Below the pieces are notes generated by a model, which was not told the origin of the DNA, ran no database searches, and saw nothing but the letters and a program-made list of their open reading frames with translations. From positions 22,967-86,966 of the IMG/VR virus record IMGVR_UViG_3300044732_001099: a stretch of 64,000 nucleotides of DNA, one strand, 5' to 3'. The DNA comes from a virus. Every line of letters starts with the position of its first letter. The stretch's first letter is position 1. A program made the position numbers and the translations under genes. This document shows, piece after piece, positions 41,396 through 51,092 of the stretch.

Positions 41396-42304
41396 TTAAA
41401 ATATTAAATTTGGAATAACTTGTTTAGATAATACGCCAGCATCGTGTAATAAAAGAAGCACCGTAAATAGTCCTCTTTTTGTGAATACCGGGTATGTTGT
41501 CATCTTATCTGCATCATGGACATTGTAGCCAAAGCCATAAGCAACAAACTCTTTAGCAAGAAAGTAGTTGTTCTTGTAGTTTGCATCATTCATATCTTGT
41601 ATAATGATGCCATGCTCTACTAATACTTTCATTGTATCGCGCAGCAATACTTTATACTTATTAAACAAGAACTTATGAAAATCCAGCACATGGGTGTCTT
41701 TTTCAAAGTTCTCAACAATAGTTTTACTGTCTTCGCACATAGCACGGTAGGTCTTTATAGTTAGTCCGTACTCTCTGTAAAATGAATCTTCTTCAACCTC
41801 AGTATGTAGTTTATCAAGAAGCTTAGATCTTCTGTTCTTCAAATCCTTATCTTCTTCGACATCTTTCTGCTTCTCAACATAAGTTTGAGGCACTATTACT
41901 GTTGTGTCTACAATATCTTTTCGATATGCATTCTTTAGCATTGTAGTAAATATCTTCTCGAGATATAACTTCATGTCGTAGTTACACCAAGTGTACATCT
42001 GTGAAAGCCAAAGATGTGACACAACGTAGTAGCACATATCAGCTTTAGAGAATACACAAGCCATAGTAATTGTTCTACCAATCTTATTGAGTTCTATATT
42101 TGTTTCCGCTATAAACTCATCTTTTGGCACCCAGTTACAGGCAAGTATGTAAGAGCTACAAACAAGAGGACATTCGATGTACAAATGCCCTCCAATAAAC
42201 TTATGTCTGTATTGCTTTGTAAAGCTCCTAAGCATAGAATCTTTTACTATCTTAGGCTTTGGCTCTTTGATTACCTTTGGCTTTTCAGCAGGCTTTCTAC
42301 CCAT
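41396..42304 (-). CDS. Putative antirepressor-like DNA-binding protein (KilA-N-like / KilAC-like)
   Basis: C-terminal LVEHGII...EFVAYGFG...TTYPVFTKRGL resembles KilAC; N-half weakly KilA-N-like; start MGRKP at 42304. Confidence 0.45.
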   Translation of the reverse strand: MGRKPAEKPKVIKEPKPKIVKDSMLRSFTKQYRHKFIGGHLYIECPLVCSSYILACNWVPKDEFIAETNIELNKIGRTITMACVFSKADMCYYVVSHLWLSQMYTWCNYDMKLYLEKIFTTMLKNAYRKDIVDTTVIVPQTYVEKQKDVEEDKDLKNRRSKLLDKLHTEVEEDSFYREYGLTIKTYRAMCEDSKTIVENFEKDTHVLDFHKFLFNKYKVLLRDTMKVLVEHGIIIQDMNDANYKNNYFLAKEFVAYGFGYNVHDADKMTTYPVFTKRGLFTVLLLLHDAGVLSKQVIPNLIF

Positions 42305-43106
42305 GTTTGTGCTTTGCAAACTTTATAATATGCTCTCTTCTTATGTCATCTACAATAAAATAATGAAATTTACCCTGTAAATAAGTATAGATGTACTTTC
42401 CATACAAAAGCGTAGCACCATTCTTCTTCCAGTTAGCAAGTATGCCATCCATATGAGAAGCCATGATTGTACCATCGCCTCCGTAAAGCATAGTTAATAA
42501 AACTTCTTCAGTTGGATATTGCGGGTTAATGCGTTCTGGTACATCAACTGTAGGCTTAGGCAGTGTAACTACCTCAGTCTTTGGTGATATCTTTGGCGTT
42601 TCAATGTCCATACTATGAATCTTGTCGGTATCTTCGCCAGTTGGCACCATAAATATATTCAACAAGAAATACTTCATAGCGTATGTCATTGCCTTACCCG
42701 GTGACTTGTCCTGCGAGTCAATACCATGACCCGATGATTGGCCCTCAATGTGTGCACCTGATGTGTGATAAAGCCTAAAAGTAAACACAATATCAGAGAA
42801 TATTTGTTGCTTTTGCTTCATACCACCAGTTTTACTGTATGGATCAGGCTCTTGCCAACGCTCATGCTTAGTTTCTTTCTGTATTTCAATAGGAACACAG
42901 ATAAGACCATGCGTGATCATTGATTTTCTTATCTCGTTTCTTACTTTTTCATCTGAGATGCCCTTGTAAGAACCAGAGCCAGTACCAACAGTATCATCTT
43001 TCTGAAGATAGTTTACCTCAGACATTACATTGAGGACTGCCTCAATCAGTTGTATTTCTGGTGTTTTTTCTTCTGATGATTGTTTCGAGATTTCTGTCTT
43101 CGCCAT
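42297..43106 (-). CDS. ERF-family ssDNA annealing recombinase
   Basis: YLQKD..VG...YKG, GHGIDSQDKSPGKAMTYAMKYFLLNIFMVPTGEDTD. Confidence 0.85.
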   Translation of the reverse strand: MAKTEISKQSSEEKTPEIQLIEAVLNVMSEVNYLQKDDTVGTGSGSYKGISDEKVRNEIRKSMITHGLICVPIEIQKETKHERWQEPDPYSKTGGMKQKQQIFSDIVFTFRLYHTSGAHIEGQSSGHGIDSQDKSPGKAMTYAMKYFLLNIFMVPTGEDTDKIHSMDIETPKISPKTEVVTLPKPTVDVPERINPQYPTEEVLLTMLYGGDGTIMASHMDGILANWKKNGATLLYGKYIYTYLQGKFHYFIVDDIRREHIIKFAKHKHG

Positions 43107-43383
43107 ATCTTCTTGCGTAGCTAATTGTGAAATATTTGATTTTAGAATTCTTCATTGCAGTGAATGACACTTCTACATTGTTCCTGATGCAATGAGATAC
43201 AGATTTAAAGATATCATGCAGCATTACGCTACATATATTTTCCATGTCTTTATCAGGTACAAGCATATCGTAGTTTAGGAAAAGCCTTTCAAACTTATCT
43301 TTGTGCTTGGCATACAAATACTTTCCATACTCGCGTGCCGGCATTTCAGCATGATTAGACCTTGCTAACCTACGTCGTGTCAT
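43042..43383 (-). CDS. Hypothetical protein, possibly a divergent HU/IHF-like protein
   Basis: ATGA overlap at 43380-43383; helix-helix-strand pattern IFKSVSHCIRNNVEVSF; family call is weak. Confidence 0.5.
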   Translation of the reverse strand: MTRRRLARSNHAEMPAREYGKYLYAKHKDKFERLFLNYDMLVPDKDMENICSVMLHDIFKSVSHCIRNNVEVSFTAMKNSKIKYFTISYARRYGEDRNLETIIRRKNTRNTTD

Positions 43384-44255
43384 ATCAAGTCCCATAGTGC
43401 TTTATAGAAACTTATTGGTTCGTTAGCAAACATTTTCTTAATTTCTATATGCTCAGGAGTATATATCTTATTGGTTATTAAGATATTTTCTTTGTCATTA
43501 ACCCAAGATTCAAGATTCTTTTGAATAAAACTTTTTAATGACAAGATGTACTCATCTGGCGTATTGCCATCTTTACATTCCCAAAGATACAAAAACCATT
43601 TCTTAATGATAAATAAAAACCCATCATACTGAGCATCATCACGCTCTTTGCCAGTACTATTTGTAGCACCATTTATGCGTAGAGCTGCATTGATCATAGC
43701 ATCTTTAGTTGACCATTTATCGCCTTTCTCGAACCTAGACCAAGCAAGCGCAAACAAACGAACTATTTCACCCGGCTTTCTATAATCTTTGATAGGTTTT
43801 ATGTTGAATAGTGTTTCAATGTCTTCAACAAAAGTTTCTATTTTATCCTGATTCCAATCAGAAAACTCAATAGTATTCTCATTGATTACAAGATAGGCAT
43901 ACTCATCATATTTGTAATGGTATTCACAATCTTTGGCTTCCGGTATGTATTTTAGTCCGATGTATTGATAATAAATATCAACAATGCCCTCTATTTCTGA
44001 TGTCCAGTATAAATCCTTTGGGCATGTAACGAGTTTATTTTTGATAAAATAACTGTATAGATTATTTTCTACATTACTATAGTTATTATCAAACTTTACA
44101 TCAAACTTTTGGCAGATAGACATAACAACATCTTCTGTTTTATGCTCTGCTTTTTCATCTACAATAATTGACAAAAAGTAAAGGGCATTGAATCTTTTTA
44201 GTGACACATGCCCTTTTGTACAATTACTTGCGCTATAAACAATACTATTCATCAA
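43380..44255 (-). CDS. Hypothetical protein
   Basis: 291-aa ORF. Confidence 0.7.
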   Translation of the reverse strand: MMNSIVYSASNCTKGHVSLKRFNALYFLSIIVDEKAEHKTEDVVMSICQKFDVKFDNNYSNVENNLYSYFIKNKLVTCPKDLYWTSEIEGIVDIYYQYIGLKYIPEAKDCEYHYKYDEYAYLVINENTIEFSDWNQDKIETFVEDIETLFNIKPIKDYRKPGEIVRLFALAWSRFEKGDKWSTKDAMINAALRINGATNSTGKERDDAQYDGFLFIIKKWFLYLWECKDGNTPDEYILSLKSFIQKNLESWVNDKENILITNKIYTPEHIEIKKMFANEPISFYKALWDLI

Positions 44256-45117
44256 GTTTTGCTAGATTGTAAGAGTTAATAATATGCCTCAACTCAGCTA
44301 CGTATCTGCTAGTAATGCCATCACTTGCCGGCCAGGCACAAGCACTTGCATAAAGATAACCACCTTTATCAGCAAGTCTTTTGGAGTCCGATGCAAGCAT
44401 ACGACTATCACTACATCCACAGATAGCAGCAAGCCAGGCTTCTATTTTGTTTGGAATGTTTATCAGTCTTGGTGCATAAGTTTTATTCAGGAGCTGTACA
44501 TGATTCCACATAGACCACCAACGAGATTCATACTTACGAAAATGATAACTGATAGTCTTTCCATTGATATTCTTATCGTAGGCTTTTACACTTCCAGATA
44601 TACCACGCGATGTTTCTGTTTTACCACCCATGTGACCAAACAAGTTATTTGCTACATTGGCTAATCTACTTGTACCATAACCTGATTCAAGAATAGCCTG
44701 TGCTGCAATGATACTAGCCGGAACATTAAACTTGGCAGACAAATCTTTAGCATTCTTAGATATGTCATCTATAAATGCTTGTCTTTCCTTGCTTATTCTA
44801 GTTCGTAGTTTTGCAAGCTTTTCTTGATTGCCTTTTAAATGACTGCCATGAAACTCACTAGTTGACATATATCCACGCTTGGACCAGCCATCTTCGTCAT
44901 ATCCCATATCAGGATATATCTCATCGCTACCAGCATGTAGATATTCTTGTTCTTTAGATTTATCTACAATAGGTTTTGCTTCAATCATTTTGTTGCTCAC
45001 ATGACTTCTTTCTGCAATAGATGCACTGTAGTCATGTTCCTTTTTTATTGGTTCATCAATAATAAAGTATGCTGCAATAGCAACTACAAGCATGAATAAT
45101 GACATATTGAATTTCAT
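44245..45117 (-). CDS. Membrane-anchored glucosaminidase (GH73/FlgJ-like)
   Basis: N-terminal hydrophobic helix; VPASIIAAQAILESGYGTSRLA..ANNLFG, FRKYES, YV.EL..II..YNL. Confidence 0.85.
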   Translation of the reverse strand: MKFNMSLFMLVVAIAAYFIIDEPIKKEHDYSASIAERSHVSNKMIEAKPIVDKSKEQEYLHAGSDEIYPDMGYDEDGWSKRGYMSTSEFHGSHLKGNQEKLAKLRTRISKERQAFIDDISKNAKDLSAKFNVPASIIAAQAILESGYGTSRLANVANNLFGHMGGKTETSRGISGSVKAYDKNINGKTISYHFRKYESRWWSMWNHVQLLNKTYAPRLINIPNKIEAWLAAICGCSDSRMLASDSKRLADKGGYLYASACAWPASDGITSRYVAELRHIINSYNLAKLDE

Positions 45118-45842
45118 AACTTTGACATTAAAGCTGTTAGTGAATTGGAACTCTTCTCGCGTTCTTCTGCAAACACTGGTGAAGTTTCCTTTCTTACGGT
45201 ATTCAAGTTATCTATACCGGCAACAAACATAGTATAGCGCTGTGTACCGACAAGCTTTTTCATTTTACGCTTGCCCTCAGCACAGATAGCTAACCGCCAT
45301 TTATCTGCTAGTTGTAGATCAGTAGCAACATATAGCAATCCTTTGGGACTATCATAGCCTCTGATGCCATATATCACATCAAGTACATATTGAATATGGA
45401 ATGACAGTTCCGGATAATACAACTCGCCTTCTTCATCTTTGACAGCTGGATAAAACATACAGCTAAGTATGTCAGATTCTTGCTGTGGTGTAATAAAAGC
45501 CATGTCCTGTATTTCTTTATTGTCAATGCTAAACAATGGTGTATTGCCTGCTTCTATGATACTGTCAATACATAACCACATAGGAACAACTGTTTCTATT
45601 GGTTCGAAATAAATATCACATAATGCTACTTTGAATACTGGGTCTGCATACCTTACCTTAATAGTCCAAGGAGCGATAAGATATACCTTTTCTAAGAATA
45701 ACATAGCAATAAGATTATCAAGCTCTTGAAATGTTCTTATGCAATCAAAACCAAAAGAACGCAGCAAAGAGTTCCGCTCAGCTGCGTCCAATGGCATGAC
45801 GTTCTTCTCAGAAAGGAGATTTAGTAACTCCCGTAACGACAT
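45114..45842 (-). CDS. Hypothetical protein
   Basis: 242-aa ORF, ATGA overlap with the downstream gene. Confidence 0.65.
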   Translation of the reverse strand: MSLRELLNLLSEKNVMPLDAAERNSLLRSFGFDCIRTFQELDNLIAMLFLEKVYLIAPWTIKVRYADPVFKVALCDIYFEPIETVVPMWLCIDSIIEAGNTPLFSIDNKEIQDMAFITPQQESDILSCMFYPAVKDEEGELYYPELSFHIQYVLDVIYGIRGYDSPKGLLYVATDLQLADKWRLAICAEGKRKMKKLVGTQRYTMFVAGIDNLNTVRKETSPVFAEEREKSSNSLTALMSKL

Positions 45843-46641
45843 TATGTGCCGACTTAATATGTTCTATAATATTACTGTATGTCGACAATGCAAGATGCGC
45901 TTCCTTGTGATGCTTGACATCTTGGTAAAGCTTATGAGATATGTCTTTAAGCGTATCTTTATACACTTCAAAGTACCAGTTAAGCGGGTCGAAGTAACGA
46001 ACTTGCTTATGCTCTCTCATCTTGAAGAAGTTGTCTATATTTGGCACCAAGTGTGCTTTCTTAGACTTCAATAGTTCAAGCTTTTTACCTTCAAAGTTCA
46101 GTTGCATATCCATGGTATACATCAACCTGTTACGGATAAGCTGAATGTTATTCTGTGTTTGATCGGACATCTTGTACAATAAGTTCACTGCTAGTTTTAG
46201 CACACCAAGTGTTACTGGTTTGGTTGCTATTTTCTCGTAGTAGTTCTCTAGTTGCATAGCCATGCGAAAGCATTTGCCTGATGTATTACCCATACGAGCG
46301 ATAAGCTCAAATGTAGGTAAGAAGTTCATCTCTTTCAGCTGCTGCTCCTGGCCTGATATACTCAGCACATTCTCTGCATCATCTGTTTCCAATAAATGCT
46401 TGGCAGTATGCGATGTAAACTCTGACTGTGAGTAATAGATAGGCTCAATGCCAGCAAGAGAGTTTTCCCAAGTAAGCATCTCTTCTGGTTGTAGGCTTAT
46501 GTAAGTCTGTAATAGTTTTGCAGCGTTGTCAGTCTGGAATCCAATAAGATTTTGACTGATAGAGTAGTGATCACCGCGCTCGGTATCACCCATAAACGAT
46601 GCAAGGACTTCAGCTATTCTTTTCTGTTCTTGCTTTTTCAT
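45808..46641 (-). CDS. Hypothetical protein
   Basis: 277-aa ORF. Confidence 0.7.
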   Translation of the reverse strand: MKKQEQKRIAEVLASFMGDTERGDHYSISQNLIGFQTDNAAKLLQTYISLQPEEMLTWENSLAGIEPIYYSQSEFTSHTAKHLLETDDAENVLSISGQEQQLKEMNFLPTFELIARMGNTSGKCFRMAMQLENYYEKIATKPVTLGVLKLAVNLLYKMSDQTQNNIQLIRNRLMYTMDMQLNFEGKKLELLKSKKAHLVPNIDNFFKMREHKQVRYFDPLNWYFEVYKDTLKDISHKLYQDVKHHKEAHLALSTYSNIIEHIKSAHNVVTGVTKSPF

Positions 46642-46643
46642 TG

Positions 46644-47126
46644 TTATCTGATTAGTAATGAAAACTTCTCTACTATTGTAGCGCCAGGGACATCAATGCC
46701 TGATTCCAGAGCTTCTTTAATAGCAGTTTTGTTTGCTTCGATTTTTACACGTTGATACTGCAGTGGTATTTCAACATCATCTGCAATCTCTACGGATTTG
46801 TTACGTCTTGTTGAGATGGAGACAAAGTTTGTTTTGATGTTTCCAAGCTGAACAATAGATGATAGTAAGTTATCTTCAAGTCGTTCAACTGACTTGTCAT
46901 ATGTTCTAGCTGCATCAAGAAGTCGTTTTGCTTCGTCTTTAATGAGTTGAGACTTTGACTTAAGCTGTCTAATGACGCTGACATATCCCTCACATTTACT
47001 TTCTCTGTCATGTTCAGTTATTGTTAGTTGTTCTTCAAGTTCTGGTGTTAAATCACCGCCATTTTCTTCGATCTGCAGATGCAATCGGAACATGTCTTCG
47101 TTGATATTAAAAAGATTCTTTGCCAT
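46644..47126 (-). CDS. Siphovirus Gp157-family protein
   Basis: LFNI.ED...IKDEAKRL...ISTRRNKSVEI..D.EIP.QY..VK.E.NKTAIKEALESG..VPGA.IVE. Confidence 0.85.
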   Translation of the reverse strand: MAKNLFNINEDMFRLHLQIEENGGDLTPELEEQLTITEHDRESKCEGYVSVIRQLKSKSQLIKDEAKRLLDAARTYDKSVERLEDNLLSSIVQLGNIKTNFVSISTRRNKSVEIADDVEIPLQYQRVKIEANKTAIKEALESGIDVPGATIVEKFSLLIR

Positions 47127-47518
47127 TACAATACGTTGTTTTCTGTGATTACAGAGTTAATTAATTCTGGATTAAGTTTATATAAAGTTCCATTTGAAAC
47201 CAAAACATACCAGTCATCATAAAAGCCTTGAACTATTTTACCAAGTTCACCACCGTAGTTAACGGTTTCACCATCTCTATACTTGTATGACTCACCATAA
47301 ACAATAGCATCTTGTTTTAGCCAGACGTTGTTGTTGTTTTCGATTGAATGTAACCAGAGTTCATCATCGGTACTCATCTTAAGACTTTTAATATTAAATG
47401 CCAAGAATACAGTATCTCCTTCTCTGTAGTTTCTTTCGGATAGTTCCGATGCTTTAAACTTTACCATGTTAGATGTTGTTAATGACAATGCCTGCACATC
47501 TATATGATACACAGGCAT
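47126..47518 (-). CDS. Hypothetical protein
   Basis: 130-aa ORF. Confidence 0.65.
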   Translation of the reverse strand: MPVYHIDVQALSLTTSNMVKFKASELSERNYREGDTVFLAFNIKSLKMSTDDELWLHSIENNNNVWLKQDAIVYGESYKYRDGETVNYGGELGKIVQGFYDDWYVLVSNGTLYKLNPELINSVITENNVL

Positions 47519-47535
47519 TTAGGTTATAAAATAAT

Positions 47536-48024
47536 TTAATTCTTGCTTATGCAGTCAAATGTATTCATCATTTTGATTGCTATTTCATCACTAAGATCTT
47601 CTTGATGATAACCACTAGAAGTATACACTCGCATAGTCTTTATCTTTTTAGTTCTAAACAAGTTGAGTTCATACTCTTTACCAAAGTTACCACCAAAGTA
47701 AATGACAAAGCTGCCTTTACAGTTAAAGTCATTGATGTTAGTCATGGTGATTCTTGTATCATCATCAAACAATACTTGTAGTTTAGCACCTTTGTCAATA
47801 CATTTGCTTGGACCACCTACAACATCAATGCTCCAGATAAGAATACTTGGTTTAAGAAAGTCTATGACAAATCCCTTTTCACCGGATGCCGATATGGCAA
47901 TGCGTTTTTTAATAGTCTTTGTAGATTTGTCATCCATCTTATCGTAATGGATATCTAACATGTCGCAATCCTGTGCAAATAAAGATGCTGACACAAGCAT
48001 AAGCATGCTAATCAATACTTTCAT
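47536..48024 (-). CDS. Secreted hypothetical protein
   Basis: Bacteroidota-style signal peptide MKVLISMLMLVSASLFA-Q. Confidence 0.7.
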   Translation of the reverse strand: MKVLISMLMLVSASLFAQDCDMLDIHYDKMDDKSTKTIKKRIAISASGEKGFVIDFLKPSILIWSIDVVGGPSKCIDKGAKLQVLFDDDTRITMTNINDFNCKGSFVIYFGGNFGKEYELNLFRTKKIKTMRVYTSSGYHQEDLSDEIAIKMMNTFDCISKN

Positions 48025-48238
48025 TGTCTACGTTTTTAATATGTTCACTAATAAGTTCTTTAATAGAGTTATAAGCAAGCTCCCACTCATGCGTGGGAGA
48101 TGCACCTTCATCTATCTCATCTATTGCAAGTGTAACGAAATCTATAATATCGTGTTTTAATACAGGATATTCAGATATCATTTTGTTTGCAAAGTCCATT
48201 ACTATTTTTCGATTCATCTGTAACCAATCATTGCGCAT
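48008..48238 (-). CDS. Hypothetical protein
   Basis: 76-aa ORF, acidic and helical. Confidence 0.6.
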   Translation of the reverse strand: MRNDWLQMNRKIVMDFANKMISEYPVLKHDIIDFVTLAIDEIDEGASPTHEWELAYNSIKELISEHIKNVDNESID

Positions 48239-48813
48239 AGAGGTCCCAAGATATCTGCTACAAGCATAACAGCTTTAGCTTTGGGTCTAGCGTTGTCATC
48301 TAATCCATTTAACCCTTTGTTTAACGCAGGATATGATGGCATCTTTGTATTCCAGAGGCCTAATATACAACTGTTACTAATAACATTGCATTCTTCCTGG
48401 ATGCTTTCTGTTTTTAATGATCCTGTTCTATCTACAACAGTATATGCTTTGGTCATAGCAGCACCTAGCTCTTTACCATTACGCTTATACTCATGTGCTA
48501 TAGTCATAACAGCGCTCATGTCTTTCTTAAATCTCGGCTCATATCTCTTACGTGCTAGTTCAACGAACAGTGCAGAGATGTAATGAGATAAGTAGCTGAA
48601 GCCAAACTGTCTTCCTTGGTACTCATAGTCCCATTTGTAATGGAAGAAGTTTCTATGCTTTGCTTGCAAGCCGGCAAACTTACGGATGATAACAGAGCAT
48701 GCATCAACAATAGCCTGCTTCTCTTCATTAGTAGCCAGCTCGCACTCAAAGGTTTCTTTAGCATCGATAAGCTGAGCAGAGAACTTATCAATTGTTATTT
48801 GTAAATCGTTCAT
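48214..48813 (-). CDS. Hypothetical protein
   Basis: Start MNDLQ at 48813, downstream of a terminator; the longer ORF-track version runs through that hairpin. Confidence 0.65.
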   Translation of the reverse strand: MNDLQITIDKFSAQLIDAKETFECELATNEEKQAIVDACSVIIRKFAGLQAKHRNFFHYKWDYEYQGRQFGFSYLSHYISALFVELARKRYEPRFKKDMSAVMTIAHEYKRNGKELGAAMTKAYTVVDRTGSLKTESIQEECNVISNSCILGLWNTKMPSYPALNKGLNGLDDNARPKAKAVMLVADILGPLCAMIGYR

Positions 48814-48835
48814 GATATATAGTTTAATAATGAAA

Positions 48836-48863
48836 TAAAAAGGGCATCCATTACAGATGCCCC
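48836..48863 (-). terminator. Intrinsic terminator
   Basis: AGGGCATC-N7-GATGCCCT followed by a T-run on the minus strand. Confidence 0.75.
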
Positions 48864-48883
48864 TAACACTTATAAAACAAACA

Positions 48884-49369
48884 CTAGTCTTCAATCTCGT
48901 AATGATGTACACGCTGGTACTCATCATCACGCATTATCTTTACATCGGTGCTATTACCTTTCAACTGTGCAACAGCACATTCATATGGTATAATATACCC
49001 ATACTTGTTAAAGTATACAGGCTTATAAACTAAGTCTTCACCAGATGTATATTTATATCCGGTAAACTCTATTGTTTCTACGTAAGCTTGTATAAAAGAT
49101 GATAAATCTCTTACAACTATTTCAGGCTTTATGTCGCTAAATACTGCAAGGCATTCAACTAAGTCTTTACTTTTAGCTAATGCTTCAAGATTATGGTATG
49201 CAATGATAGTATCATACTGTCCTAAATCTTCTTCAGGAACAGCAATAGATACCTGTACTTCCATAAGATTGTTATCACGCTGTCCAAATACAGTACAAGC
49301 GTTCATTAGTAATAAGATAACCGCAACAATCACAGCGTTTACCATATGGTTAGAATAATTCTTTTTCAT
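48884..49369 (-). CDS. Secreted or membrane-anchored hypothetical protein
   Basis: N-terminal hydrophobic segment VNAVIVAVILLLMNAC. Confidence 0.65.
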   Translation of the reverse strand: MKKNYSNHMVNAVIVAVILLLMNACTVFGQRDNNLMEVQVSIAVPEEDLGQYDTIIAYHNLEALAKSKDLVECLAVFSDIKPEIVVRDLSSFIQAYVETIEFTGYKYTSGEDLVYKPVYFNKYGYIIPYECAVAQLKGNSTDVKIMRDDEYQRVHHYEIED

Positions 49370-49371
49370 AA

Positions 49372-49713
49372 CTAGATAAATGTTTTAAATGATATAATCT
49401 TTTTAATCTCTTCGATACTACTCACTGCATCAGCATCACTGCCATCATCGTCTTTACTACTGCCAACAATGAGAGCATTGCCAATCAGCTGTTGTTCACC
49501 CCAGGTATTACCCTCTACGTTAATGACAAAGCCATTCCTATTTGTTTGGAACAATCCCTCATCATCAATGTACATGTAGTCACCATTGTCAAAGCTATAA
49601 CCTCCAGCTATGATATCGCAGCCTATTAAACTGCGAATCTCACGAAAGTCATTTCCTTTTATTCTGGCTTCGTATACTTGTTTGTCATTAGAATCTATGA
49701 ATATCGCTCTCAT
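49372..49713 (-). CDS. DUF3846-like protein
   Basis: MRAIFID...IRSLIGC....MYIDDEGL...LIGNALIVG. Confidence 0.65.
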   Translation of the reverse strand: MRAIFIDSNDKQVYEARIKGNDFREIRSLIGCDIIAGGYSFDNGDYMYIDDEGLFQTNRNGFVINVEGNTWGEQQLIGNALIVGSSKDDDGSDADAVSSIEEIKKIISFKTFI

Positions 49714-49901
49714 AACTCTGATTCTTTATACAAGTTATTAGATGCAGCTATACATAAAAAACCACCAATGATATAAAGAACCATAATGGTAGCACTAAAT
49801 AGTACACTGTGTGAATGATCATCAGCAGCAACAAATACAAAGCTGCCAACAAACGCAAAGATACCCATCAAGAAAAAGATGGCACTAAAAAATAGTTTCA
49901 T
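49710..49901 (-). CDS. Small two-TM membrane protein
   Basis: Start MKLFF at 49901 (ATGA overlap); two hydrophobic helices. Confidence 0.6.
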   Translation of the reverse strand: MKLFFSAIFFLMGIFAFVGSFVFVAADDHSHSVLFSATIMVLYIIGGFLCIAASNNLYKESEL

Positions 49902-50440
49902 GATTGTGTGTGTTTTAAAAATAAAAGAATGTTTTGAATAAATGTTTCGCCAGTAACTGATGTAGTTATATCCCCTTCTTGGATTTGATAACAACACTGA
50001 TGTAATGTTAAATCAGATCTATACTCGTCATAGTTTCTGATTATATCTAATGATAGTAACAATCTATACGATGAGTTAAACCAGATGGTAAGTACAACTG
50101 ATACACACTCATGTATTATTTTCTTACTGTCATAGTCAAACTCTGTAGAATAGTTATAGTCATTACTAATGTCATAATGTATATCATTACATACAAAATG
50201 CCTTGTATCACCATCAAAGAACTCAAGACTATACTCATCATCAAAAGTTATTCCACTACACTTAAGTGCATGAGATACTAACTCATCTGCTATGCAACTA
50301 AGATATAGTTCAACAGCATACTTATGAGTATTAGCATCTCCATCATCTATGATAGACTGTAACAGTAATAAAGATAACTCTACATCACTAGCCAAGAATA
50401 ATGTAGAGCATTTCTTTATCATATCATCTAGTTCCTGCAT
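49898..50440 (-). CDS. Acidic hypothetical protein
   Basis: Start MQELDD at 50440; ORF track starts at 50509. Confidence 0.55.
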   Translation of the reverse strand: MQELDDMIKKCSTLFLASDVELSLLLLQSIIDDGDANTHKYAVELYLSCIADELVSHALKCSGITFDDEYSLEFFDGDTRHFVCNDIHYDISNDYNYSTEFDYDSKKIIHECVSVVLTIWFNSSYRLLLSLDIIRNYDEYRSDLTLHQCCYQIQEGDITTSVTGETFIQNILLFLKHTQS

Positions 50441-50574
50441 GATGGTCCAATCATAGCAAAGAATGTAAGAACAGCTGTAAACAATGTAGGTAACTGTGTC
50501 CAAGTACAATAAAGGAATAATGACAACACAATCGTCATCATTATCCCCCAGTTATTAGAGATAAACTCTTTCAT
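50428..50574 (-). CDS. Small membrane protein (48 aa; not in ORF track)
   Basis: Hand translation MKEFISNNWGIMMTIVLSLFLYCTWTQLPTLFTAVLTFFAMIGPSCRN*; fills the gap between neighbours. Confidence 0.5.
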   Translation of the reverse strand: MKEFISNNWGIMMTIVLSLFLYCTWTQLPTLFTAVLTFFAMIGPSCRN

Positions 50575-50578
50575 ATTA

Positions 50579-50803
50579 CTATTGATTTCTTAACCAAAGA
50601 ATATGATAAAATACTACTACACCCATACACTGTACTATACTCTTCTCAGAGTTATACTTAACATCAGACATAATGAAGTCATAACTATCTTTAGATAGCA
50701 TACCAGTTTCTGAAATCTCTTTTACAAATACATCAGACTTCCAACCCATAAGGATATCTAATGTTTCTTGTACAATCTGAATGTCACCAATAATAGTTTC
50801 CAT
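50579..50803 (-). CDS. Hypothetical protein
   Basis: 74-aa ORF with AT-rich leader. Confidence 0.6.
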   Translation of the reverse strand: METIIGDIQIVQETLDILMGWKSDVFVKEISETGMLSKDSYDFIMSDVKYNSEKSIVQCMGVVVFYHILWLRNQ

Positions 50804-50958
50804 AATAATATATTTAGTTTAGTTATAAAATCACCTATAAATAAAAACATTCAATCACTCACAGTATCAGTTAGTATAACACTAATAGAGTTGTGCGATG
50901 TGATGTAGAGTAGAGTAATGCGCAGCAGATGGTAGCCACTCACACCTTTTCTCTATCA

Positions 50959-50974
50959 TGTTCCACGTGGAACA
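50959..50974. promoter_or_regulatory. parS: Perfect chromosomal-type parS palindrome TGTTCCACGTGGAACA
   Basis: Exact 16-bp palindrome matching the bacterial chromosomal parS consensus; intergenic, near the strand switch. Confidence 0.8.
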
Positions 50975-51060
50975 ATAGCACTAACAGTCTGACAGTCAAC
51001 GCTATAAGTAAATCATTATCTAATAGTTATGCATCTTACTAACAGTAGTATGAACATTCT

Positions 51061-51092
51061 AAAAAAACCCCACGTCCGAAGACGCAGGGATC
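51061..51092 (-). terminator. Intrinsic terminator with cUUCGg tetraloop
   Basis: Minus strand CCCTGCGTC-TTCG-GACGTGGGG-TTTTTTT right after the stop at 51097. Confidence 0.9.

Noticed and set aside
50981-51010. Imperfect palindrome TAACAGTC-TGACAGTCA-ACGCTATA next to parS
   Set aside because: Single weak copy with poor outer symmetry; cannot be told from chance without relatives
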